This document shows positions 56,922 through 64,000 of a stretch of DNA of 64,000 bases, piece by piece; positions within the stretch are counted from its first letter, which is position 1, and every line of letters begins with the position of its first letter. The notes beneath the pieces were generated by a model. That model saw nothing but the letters and a program-made list of their open reading frames with translations, did not search any database and was not told where the DNA came from. Made by a program: the position numbers and the translations under genes. The DNA is from Mycobacteriales bacterium (GTDB lineage: Bacteria; Actinomycetota; Actinomycetes; JAFAQI01): positions 94,743 through 158,742 of the forward strand of contig DASZRO010000018.1 of NCBI GenBank assembly GCA_035550055.1, read 5' to 3'.

Positions 56922-57014
56922 CCTTCCCCCCAGCAACGCTGCGTTGCTGGGGGATCTCCCGGGCGACGCTGCGTTGCTGGGCAAAAAGCCGAGGCAACGC
57001 TGCGTTGCTGGGGT
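56922..57014. repeat. tandem array (3 units) of palindromic repeat CCCCAGCAACGCTGCGTTGCTGGGG
   Basis: Same unit as at 24260-24380, between convergent genes. Confidence 0.8.
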
Positions 57015-57052
57015 GGGGTGGGGGTCGGGGTGGGGTGGGGGTGGGGTGGGGT
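57014..57052 (+). repeat. GGGGT-type G-tract (8 runs of G4-5), potential G-quadruplex, abutting the gpmA stop
   Basis: TGGGGTGGGGTGGGGGTCGGGGTGGGGTGGGGGTGGGGTGGGGTC read directly. Confidence 0.75.
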
Positions 57053-57798
57053 CAGCGGCCTTGGTTGGCGACGGCTTCCGCCGCGGCCTTGGCGGCGTCG
57101 GCGTCGAGATAGGTCCCACCCGCGACCAGCGGCCTCAGCTGGTCGTCGAGCTCGTACGCCAGCGGGATGCCGGTCGGGATGTTGAGCTCGACGATCGCCT
57201 TGTCGCTGATCCCGTCGAGGTGCTTGACCATCGCCCGCAGCGAGTTCCCGTGCGCCACCACGAGCACCGTCTTGCCGGTACGCAGGTCCGGCACGATCGC
57301 GTCGTACCAGTACGGCAGCATCCGCGCGATCACGTCGGCGAGGCACTCGGTACGCGGCACGATCTCCGGTGGCAGCGACGCGTACCGCGGATCGCCGACC
57401 TGAGAGAACTCGTCGTCATCAGGCAGCGGCGGCGGCGGGGTGTCGAACGAACGCCGCCACACCATGAACTGGTCGTCGCCGAACTCCGCCCGCACCTGCG
57501 CCTTGTCCTTGCCCTGCAACGCCCCGTAGTGGCGCTCGTTGAGCCGCCAGCTCCGGCGTACCGGAATCCACTGCCGGTCGCAGGCGACCAGTGCGTTGCC
57601 GGCCGTGACGATCGCGCGCTTGAGCACGGACGTGTGAAGTACGTCGGGAAGCAGCCCGTGCTCGGCGAGCAGCTCACCCGCGCGGACCGCCTCGGCGAAT
57701 CCCTTGTCCGTCAGCCCGACGTCGACCCAGCCGGTGAACAGGTTCTTCGAGTTCCACTCGCTCTCGCCGTGGCGAAGCAAGACCAGCCGTCCCGTCAC
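57052..57798 (-). CDS. gpmA: 2,3-bisphosphoglycerate-dependent phosphoglycerate mutase
   Basis: [12 protein letters not shown]... and HGNSLRA. GTG at 57798 gives a GTGA overlap with the upstream gene; the track ORF extends to 57909. Confidence 0.85.
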   Translation of the reverse strand: MTGRLVLLRHGESEWNSKNLFTGWVDVGLTDKGFAEAVRAGELLAEHGLLPDVLHTSVLKRAIVTAGNALVACDRQWIPVRRSWRLNERHYGALQGKDKAQVRAEFGDDQFMVWRRSFDTPPPPLPDDDEFSQVGDPRYASLPPEIVPRTECLADVIARMLPYWYDAIVPDLRTGKTVLVVAHGNSLRAMVKHLDGISDKAIVELNIPTGIPLAYELDDQLRPLVAGGTYLDADAAKAAAEAVANQGR

Positions 57799-58328
57799 GG
57801 GGTGCCATTCTGCTGTGCGCCGCGAGCCGCCCGGTTGTCGGGATCGGCGAAGCGCGCGAACGCGGCGAGATTCGCCAGCGACTCGCCCCGTTTCACCCGC
57901 CAGTCCCATTCCCGTTCGATCGAGGTGCGGAAGCCGATTTCGAGGGCGGTGTCGAACAGGTCGTCGGAAGCGGTGAGTACGGCGCCGAGCACCCGGTCGA
58001 TCTCCTCCGGGGTCACCGACGACAGCGGCAGCCGCCCGACGAGGTAGACGTCACCGAGCAGGTCCACCGAGAACGCGACGGCGTAGAGCTTCGCGTTGCG
58101 TTCGAGCAGCCACCGCCAGAACCGCTCCTCGTTCTCGTCCGGCTTGCGGCAGAAGAACGCTTCGACGTGCAGCGAATGGTCGCCGATGACCAGCCACGTC
58201 ATGGTGGCGAGCTTGTGCGAGCCAGGCAGCTTGACGAAGAACGCGCCCGGGTTGGGCTCTTCGAACTCGAGTTCTCGCTCGCCGAGCTCCTCGCGCAGCA
58301 CCGCCGCCAGGCGGTCGACGTCGGTCAT
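57795..58328 (-). CDS. YbjN domain-containing protein
   Basis: Conserved actinobacterial YbjN-family pattern, as in the M. tuberculosis mshA-downstream gene. ATGA overlap with mshA. Confidence 0.65.
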   Translation of the reverse strand: MTDVDRLAAVLREELGERELEFEEPNPGAFFVKLPGSHKLATMTWLVIGDHSLHVEAFFCRKPDENEERFWRWLLERNAKLYAVAFSVDLLGDVYLVGRLPLSSVTPEEIDRVLGAVLTASDDLFDTALEIGFRTSIEREWDWRVKRGESLANLAAFARFADPDNRAARGAQQNGTP

Positions 58329-59563
58329 GGCACGACGGAGGTGTAGACCTCGAGGACCCGCTCGACGGTCGCGCCCCACCCGAACCGTTCGGCGTGGCGG
58401 ATCGCTCCTTCGGCCAGGGCGAGCCGGCTCGCCGGCTGGGCGAGCAGGCCGCCGAGCACCCGGGCGTAGTCCCGCGGATCGTGACCGTCGATGAGCAGAC
58501 CCGAGCCGCCGTCACACACGGCCGTGACGAGCCCGCCGACCCGGGCCGCGACCACCGGCGTCCCGCAGGCCTGCGACTCCAGCGCCACCAGACCGAACGA
58601 CTCGTTGTACGACGGGACGACGGTCACGTCGGCCGCCCGGTAGTAGTCGGCGAGCAGCGCGCGCGGCGCGGGTCGCTCGAAACGGACCAGGTCCGCGATG
58701 CCGAGGGAGACCGCGAGCTTCGACAGCTCTTCGGGCTTGTCCAGCCCGTTGCCCGACGGGCCGCCGACCACCAGCACCACTAGCCGGTCGCGAAGCGCGG
58801 GGTCGGCCTCGACCAGTCCGGCGGCGGCACGCAGGAGGACGTCCGGCGCCTTGAGCGGTTGGATCCGCCCGACGAACAGCAGCACGTGGGCGTCGGCCGC
58901 GATGCCCAGCGCGAGCCGGGCGAGGACCCGGTCACCAGGCGTGAAGGTCTCGAGGTCGACCCCGGGGGCCACCACGTCGACCTTCGCGGCGTCCGCGCCG
59001 TACAGCTCGACCAGCTGCGTCGCCTCGTCGGTGGTGGAGGCGATCAGCCGGTCGGCGGCCTCGACCACCTGCGCCTCACCGATCGCCCGCATCGCGGGCT
59101 CCGGCGCGTCGCCGTCGGCCAGCAGCGCGTTCTTGACCTTCGCCATGGTGTGCATCGTGTGGACCAGCGGGACGCCCCAGCGTTCCTTCGCCAGCCACCC
59201 GACCTGGCCGGACAGCCAGTAGTGGGAGTGGACCAGGTCGTACCAGCCGGGTTCGTGCGCGGCCTCCTCGCGCAGCACCGCGCTGGTGAAGGCGCACAGC
59301 TGCGCCGGCAGGTCGTTCTTGTGGAGGCCCTCATACGGGCCGGCCGTCACGTGGCGGACGAGTACGCCGGGCGAGAGCTCCACGGTGGGCGGCAGCTCGC
59401 TGCTCGTCGCCCGGGTGAAGATCTCGACGCTGATGCCGTGCTCGGCGAGGCGGCGGCTCACCTCGGTGACGTAGACGTTCATTCCGCCGGCGTCGCCGCA
59501 CCCAGGCTGCTCCAGCGGGGAGGTGTGGACCGACAGCGTCGCGACCCGACGTGGCAGTCCCAT
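58325..59563 (-). CDS. mshA: D-inositol-3-phosphate glycosyltransferase (mycothiol biosynthesis)
   Basis: GT4 fold with the characteristic N-terminus [29 protein letters not shown] at 59563. Confidence 0.88.
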   Translation of the reverse strand: MGLPRRVATLSVHTSPLEQPGCGDAGGMNVYVTEVSRRLAEHGISVEIFTRATSSELPPTVELSPGVLVRHVTAGPYEGLHKNDLPAQLCAFTSAVLREEAAHEPGWYDLVHSHYWLSGQVGWLAKERWGVPLVHTMHTMAKVKNALLADGDAPEPAMRAIGEAQVVEAADRLIASTTDEATQLVELYGADAAKVDVVAPGVDLETFTPGDRVLARLALGIAADAHVLLFVGRIQPLKAPDVLLRAAAGLVEADPALRDRLVVLVVGGPSGNGLDKPEELSKLAVSLGIADLVRFERPAPRALLADYYRAADVTVVPSYNESFGLVALESQACGTPVVAARVGGLVTAVCDGGSGLLIDGHDPRDYARVLGGLLAQPASRLALAEGAIRHAERFGWGATVERVLEVYTSVVP

Positions 59564-59637
59564 GCTCTCAATCCTGCCCGAAAGGCCCGGTTCGCTCACC
59601 TGGCCGGCCGCGGCAGCCCGACTCATAGGCTCGTCCT

Positions 59638-60381
59638 GTGCAACGAACCGCTGTCGTGACCGGGGCGAGCAGCGGCATCGGCGCCGCGACCGCTCGCCGG
59701 CTGGCCGCCGAGGGGTACGACGTGATCGCCGCGGCGCGCCGCCTCGACCGACTGGAGGCGCTCGCCGCCGAAGCCGGCGTGCGACCGGTCGTGCTCGACG
59801 TCACCGACGAGGCCTCGGTACGCGCCCTCGCCGACTCGCTGGCCACCTGTCATGTCCTGGTCAACAACGCGGGCGGGGCTTTCGGTCTCGAGCCGGTCGC
59901 CGACGCCGACGAAGCCGCCTGGCGACAGATGTGGGAGACCAACGTCCTCGGCATGATGCGCGTGACCCGCGCGTTGCTCCCGGCGCTCGAGCGCAGCGGC
60001 GACGGGGTGGTCGTCACGGTGACCTCCGTCGCCGGGCACATCGTTTACGAAAACGGTGCGGGGTACGCCGCGGCGAAGCATGCGGAGCGCGCGGTGTCGG
60101 AGACGCTGCGCCTCGAGGTGTTCGGCAAGCCGATCCGCGTAGTGGAGGTCGCGCCGGGCATGGTCGCCACGGAGGAGTTCTCACTAAATCGGTTGGGCGG
60201 GGACCGCGCCAAGGCGGATGCTGTCTACGCCGGAGTGCCCGGGCCGCTGTCCGCCGACGACGTCGCCGACTGCATCGCGTGGGCCGCCACCCGGCCGTGG
60301 AACGTCAACGTCGACCTCCTCGTGGTGCGCCCTCGCGCGCAAGCCGCGCAACACAAGCTCTACCGGGAGACGACAGCGTGA
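59638..60381 (+). CDS. SDR family NAD(P)-dependent oxidoreductase
   Basis: [12 protein letters not shown] and YxxxK motifs. Confidence 0.85.
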   Translation: MQRTAVVTGASSGIGAATARRLAAEGYDVIAAARRLDRLEALAAEAGVRPVVLDVTDEASVRALADSLATCHVLVNNAGGAFGLEPVADADEAAWRQMWETNVLGMMRVTRALLPALERSGDGVVVTVTSVAGHIVYENGAGYAAAKHAERAVSETLRLEVFGKPIRVVEVAPGMVATEEFSLNRLGGDRAKADAVYAGVPGPLSADDVADCIAWAATRPWNVNVDLLVVRPRAQAAQHKLYRETTA

Positions 60382-60836
60382 CCGAACCGACACCGGCGGC
60401 AGGCGACCACACCCACGTCGTACACAACGGCAAACGCGAGCTGACCATCGACGAGCTCGCCCTGATGCAGCCGGGCATGGACCGGCTGATGGCGGAGGTC
60501 GGCCAGCGGACCCACCGGCTCTACTACGCCGCGAAGGCCGGCAACTGGAAGCTCGCGGAGTACTTCTACACCTCCACGTACAAGCAGCTGCGGCTGTGCG
60601 CCACCAGCCGGCCGAAGTACGCCGAGGACATGGCCGCCTACCTCGAGCAGGACTGCGCGCCGGTCCGCGAGGCGTTGCGCAACCGCGACCAGGACGCCTT
60701 CGACGTGGCCTACCAGCGACTCGTCGACCGCGCCAACCACTACCACGACGTGTGGAAGAAGCCCTGGCTGCACTGGGTGACACCGGACAGCCCGCCCAAC
60801 GACCTCGACCTCACCGCCGGCATCGAGGACCAGTGA
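60378..60836 (+). CDS. hypothetical protein (152 aa)
   Basis: GTG start inside a GTGA overlap with the SDR stop. Coding frame continues into the next GTGA overlap. No domain assigned. Confidence 0.5.
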   Translation: MTEPTPAAGDHTHVVHNGKRELTIDELALMQPGMDRLMAEVGQRTHRLYYAAKAGNWKLAEYFYTSTYKQLRLCATSRPKYAEDMAAYLEQDCAPVREALRNRDQDAFDVAYQRLVDRANHYHDVWKKPWLHWVTPDSPPNDLDLTAGIEDQ

Positions 60837-61564
60837 CCACCCCCGCGTACGCAGAGCTCGTCAGCGCCGTCCGGCGCGAGGGTGAGGCACTCGTCGCCGC
60901 CGCCCGGCAGGGCAGCGAAGCCGCCGTGCCGACGTGCGGGGCGTGGACCGTCGCCGACCTCGCCCGCCACGTCTGGCAGGTCTACGCCAACGTCACGATG
61001 TACGTGACGACGCGCGCCACACGACGTCCGGACCAGTTCCCGGAGCTGCCCGACGGCGACCCCGTCGACCTGCTCGAGGCACAGCTCGACCAGCTGGTCG
61101 CCGCGTTGAGCGACGTGGCTGCCGACACCCCGATCTGGACGTGGGTGTTCGACGCTCCCGCGGGCGCGGTGTTCTGGGCGCGACGGATGGCCCACGAGTC
61201 GGCGGTGCACCGGTTCGACGCCCAGAACGCCCACGGCATCCAGGAGCCGATCAACGCGGAGCTGGCGGGCGACGGGATCGACGAGCTGGTCGACGTCATC
61301 GCGCCTCGGGTCTACGGTCGCGACGAGCTCAGCGGCCCGACCGGCTCGCTGGCCCTGCACTCCACCGACGGCGACGCCTGGTTCCTGGAGCTGCATCCGA
61401 GCGGGGTGCGCAAGGTGGAGCGGCTCGAGTCACCGGCCGTGACCGCGACCGGCACCAGCAGCGGGCTGCTGCTGACCGTCTACGGCCGCGTCCCGATCAG
61501 CACGGTCGAGGTCACTGGCGACGCGTCGCTGCTCGAAGCCTGGACCGACGTCCTCAACTTCTGA
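60833..61564 (+). CDS. maleylpyruvate isomerase-family mycothiol-dependent enzyme (DinB/TIGR03083-like)
   Basis: N-terminal WTVADLARHV and a conserved His pattern. GTGA overlap with the upstream gene. Confidence 0.65.
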   Translation: MTTPAYAELVSAVRREGEALVAAARQGSEAAVPTCGAWTVADLARHVWQVYANVTMYVTTRATRRPDQFPELPDGDPVDLLEAQLDQLVAALSDVAADTPIWTWVFDAPAGAVFWARRMAHESAVHRFDAQNAHGIQEPINAELAGDGIDELVDVIAPRVYGRDELSGPTGSLALHSTDGDAWFLELHPSGVRKVERLESPAVTATGTSSGLLLTVYGRVPISTVEVTGDASLLEAWTDVLNF

Positions 61565-62063
61565 GGGCGCGGGCGAACTCGTCGTACGCGTCCTGGCTGA
61601 ACAGCACGAACCGTACGTCGGTCACGTCCGTCGGGGTCGCCGTCACGGTCGCCACAGCGATGTCGGCCGCCGAGGCCATCGGCCAGCCGTACACCCCGGC
61701 GGAGACCGCCGGGAACGCGACGCTTGCCGCGCCGAGCTCGTCGGCGACCCGCAGCGCCTCCCGGTAGCAGGACGCCAGCAGCTCGGAGCGGTCCGTCGTC
61801 CGGCTGTAGACCGGCCCGACGACGTGGATCACCCAGCGGCAGCGCATGTCGCCGGCGTCGGTGGCGGCCGCCTGCCCCGCCGGTAGCGAGCCGATCCGGT
61901 CGCGCAGCTCGCGACGGGCCTCCAGCTGCGCGTCGCCGCCGGCGCGCAGGATCGCGCCGTCGACGCCACCGCCACCCATCAGGCCGCTGTTCGCGGCGTT
62001 GACGACGGCGTCCACCTCCTGCTCGACGATGTCGCCGAGGACGAGACTGATCTGTGCTGTCAC
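61554..62063 (-). CDS. macro domain protein (O-acetyl-ADP-ribose deacetylase-like)
   Basis: DAVVNAANSGLMGGGGVDGAILRAGG...VIHVVGPVY. Confidence 0.85.
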   Translation of the reverse strand: MTAQISLVLGDIVEQEVDAVVNAANSGLMGGGGVDGAILRAGGDAQLEARRELRDRIGSLPAGQAAATDAGDMRCRWVIHVVGPVYSRTTDRSELLASCYREALRVADELGAASVAFPAVSAGVYGWPMASAADIAVATVTATPTDVTDVRFVLFSQDAYDEFARALRS

Positions 62064-63211
62064 GCCGTCGCGGTGAGCAGCGGCACGAGCAGCTCCTCAT
62101 CGGTCAGCGCTCCGTGATGGCCGGGCAGCGCCGACATCCGCGACTCGCGCTTGCGCTGGACGATGCCGAGGCGGCCCTGCGCGATCGCGACGACGTCACC
62201 GATCCGCGCCCGCGCGGTCGGCGTGACCACCGCGCCGAACAACCCGGCCGCGATCGCGGTCTCGGCGTCCAGGACCCACGCCCGGTCGCCGAGCACCGCA
62301 CGCCAGGTGGCGAGTACGTCGGCGGCGGCCCCGGGTTTCGCGTGGACGTGTCTCATCCGGGGCTCGCCGGCGATCGCGACGACGCCTTCCCGCAGCGGCG
62401 AGTTCGGCTCGTCCGCGTCGACCGCCTCGTCCTGCGCGACGTCCGTCATGCCGTGATCTGCGGTGACGAACAACGACGTGCCCGTCGGCAGCCGCTCGGC
62501 GAGCAGCTGGATCCGCCGGTCGATCAACGACAGCTGCGCCGACCACGAGTCACTCGACGGCCCCCGGATGTGACCGACGAAGTCGAGCTCGGAGGCGTAG
62601 GTGTAGACCAGCGAGCGATGACCGCGGTCGGCCGCGTCGGCGGCGAGCGCAACCATGTCACCGCCGGTCGTCACCCCGCGAAACCCACCGCCGCGAAACA
62701 CCGCCCGGGTCAGGCCGGTTCCCTCGAAGTCGCGCGAGCTCGCAATCGTCACCGAGACACCGGCGTCGGCGGCCTGCTGCCAGACCGTGGTGCGGGACTG
62801 GATCTCCTCGGGTTCGAGGACCTCGCGCAAGTCGTCCTTGCCGGACAGCTGACGCCACGACAGCCAGTTGACCGGCTCGCCGACCTCGGCGACGTAGGAC
62901 GAGTAGCCGGTCATGGCGTGCTCACCGGCCGGCAGGCCGGTCGACAGCGAGGCGAGGGAGGTGACGGTGGTCGACGGGAACCCAGCCGTCAGCTCGCGGC
63001 AGGCCAGTGACGACAGGAACGGCGCCGCCGCCGCGCCCGCCTGCATCCCCACCAGGCCCATTCCGTCGACCAGCACGACGACCGCCCGGGCGGTGTCGGG
63101 CAGGCCCAGCCGGTTGTCCTCGCCGACGCCGAGCGCCGCAAGCACCGACGGCATGACGTCGCAGAGCGAGGCTTCGCCGTAGCGCGGCACAGGCATCGCG
63201 GCGTCGGTCAC
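62060..63211 (-). CDS. alkaline phosphatase family protein (type I phosphodiesterase/nucleotide pyrophosphatase-like)
   Basis: VVLVDGMG, GFPSTTVTSLASLSTG and a metal-ligand pattern. Confidence 0.7.
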   Translation of the reverse strand: MTDAAMPVPRYGEASLCDVMPSVLAALGVGEDNRLGLPDTARAVVVLVDGMGLVGMQAGAAAAPFLSSLACRELTAGFPSTTVTSLASLSTGLPAGEHAMTGYSSYVAEVGEPVNWLSWRQLSGKDDLREVLEPEEIQSRTTVWQQAADAGVSVTIASSRDFEGTGLTRAVFRGGGFRGVTTGGDMVALAADAADRGHRSLVYTYASELDFVGHIRGPSSDSWSAQLSLIDRRIQLLAERLPTGTSLFVTADHGMTDVAQDEAVDADEPNSPLREGVVAIAGEPRMRHVHAKPGAAADVLATWRAVLGDRAWVLDAETAIAAGLFGAVVTPTARARIGDVVAIAQGRLGIVQRKRESRMSALPGHHGALTDEELLVPLLTATA

Positions 63212-63927
63212 TGTGGCAGCCGCACTCTGAGCCTGCGAAACCCTTTGCCTTTGTTCTCGATCTTGACTACCTCGATCGCACCGATCTGCCGGGTCGACGC
63301 GACGTGAGTACCACCGTCGGCCTGGGTGTCGAGCCCGACGATGTCGACGATCCGCACCTCGGACAGACCTGGCGGCAACAGGTTCGTCGCCGTGCGGATG
63401 ATGTCCGGGATCGCGAAGGCCTCGTCGTAGGGCAGGACCTTCACCTCGATCCGGCGGTCGGCGGCGATCTCGGTTGCGCAGGCCTCGGCGATCGCGTCGC
63501 GGAAGCCGTCCGGCACCTCGGGAAGGTTGAAGTCCATCCGTGCCTCGAGCGGTTCCATGTTGCCGCCGGTGACCAGTGCGCCGTAGTCGCGGAACACGAC
63601 ACCGGCCAGCAGGTGCAGCGCCGAGTGGGTGCGCATGAGAGCGGTACGTCGCTCGTCGTCGATCGCCCCCTGCACCGCGGTGCCGACGGCGGGCAGCGGC
63701 TCACCATCGACCGGGATCAGGTAGACGTCGTCACCGGTCTTGCGTGCGCCGGCGATTTTCGTCTGGACCCCGCCCCAGAGGAGGACGCCCTCATCCGGTG
63801 GCTGTCCCCCGCCGCCGGGGTAGAACGCCGAGCGATCGAGGACGAGGCCCTCGTCGTCCGCACGGAGCACGACCGCCTGCCACTCGCGAAGAGTCGCATC
63901 TGCCAGCTCGAGACGGTCGGTCGCCAT
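63208..63927 (-). CDS. alaX: alanyl-tRNA editing protein AlaX-M (Ser-tRNA(Ala) deacylase)
   Basis: HSALHLL...GGTHV zinc-binding motifs of the AlaRS editing domain. Confidence 0.8.
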   Translation of the reverse strand: MATDRLELADATLREWQAVVLRADDEGLVLDRSAFYPGGGGQPPDEGVLLWGGVQTKIAGARKTGDDVYLIPVDGEPLPAVGTAVQGAIDDERRTALMRTHSALHLLAGVVFRDYGALVTGGNMEPLEARMDFNLPEVPDGFRDAIAEACATEIAADRRIEVKVLPYDEAFAIPDIIRTATNLLPPGLSEVRIVDIVGLDTQADGGTHVASTRQIGAIEVVKIENKGKGFRRLRVRLPQ

Positions 63928-64000
63928 CGGTGCTGAGAGTACGGGAACCTTGTGGCGGGTACCGACGTCTGACGACCATGAGGTGGCGCATGAACGGCGT

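Noticed and set aside
56438-57346. ORFs translating the palindromic repeat and G-tract into PTPTPTP or PPATQRCWG peptides (56438-57112 on plus, 56663-57346 on minus, 24120-24836 on minus)
   Set aside because: These frames are translations of the repeat DNA and overlap the real gpmA and lipoprotein genes. They are not coding.

Overview
This is a 64 kb, roughly 70% GC actinobacterial chromosomal segment. The actinobacterial origin is supported by mycothiol genes (mshA, a mycothiol-dependent maleylpyruvate-isomerase-family enzyme), carD, groEL2 with CIRCE boxes, and Mycobacterium-like synteny. Genes are densely packed on both strands, and many pairs are joined by 1-4 nt stop/start overlaps of the ATGA or GTGA kind. 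Content in order: pntAA-pntAB-pntB transhydrogenase; an eight-gene minus-strand P450 operon built around CYP51 and its ferredoxin, with TetR and MFS/MarR modules beside it; tandem crcB fluoride channels; a KcsA-like K+ channel; pirin; a translationally coupled serA-like and FAD-linked oxidase pair; two NlpC/P60 hydrolases; a family-4 uracil-DNA glycosylase; pdxH-citA-serC; secreted hydrolases including two tandem sedolisin (S53) peptidases; groEL2; a Zn-ribbon ThrC-like gene followed by a MoaD/CysO-like sulfur-carrier gene; otsA/otsB; gdh; tRNA-Thr(UGU); a Tat-secreted BBE-type flavoprotein; a Bacillus SigH-type sigma factor beside rlmB-cysS-ispF-(PIN/TRAM)-carD; gpmA-ybjN-mshA; and further mycothiol-linked enzymes. 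There are no rRNA genes, CRISPR arrays, transposases or integrases. Structure that the genes do not explain includes: (1) a tandem-arrayed palindromic intergenic repeat family, CCCCAGCAACGCTGCGTTGCTGGGG, at two loci, one followed by a GGGGT-rich G-quadruplex-like tract; (2) a roughly 55 bp perfect-hairpin repeat, GAGCCCAACGTTGTTGGTCT..AGACCAACAACGTTGGGCTC, at two loci; (3) two nested palindromes with a shared AACACAAACGT core that bracket an AbiEi/DUF559 gene; (4) a 167 bp segment bounded by 16 bp inverted repeats next to tRNA-Thr that carries a 44-codon ORF; and (5) a candidate ydaO-type (c-di-AMP) riboswitch in the leader of an NlpC/P60 gene. The most likely candidates for a poorly described system are the sterol-type three-P450 operon with an orphan solute-binding protein, and the ThrC-like plus sulfur-carrier pair, which looks like MetM/MetO. 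Coordinates of non-CDS features were hand-indexed and may be off by 1-2 nt.
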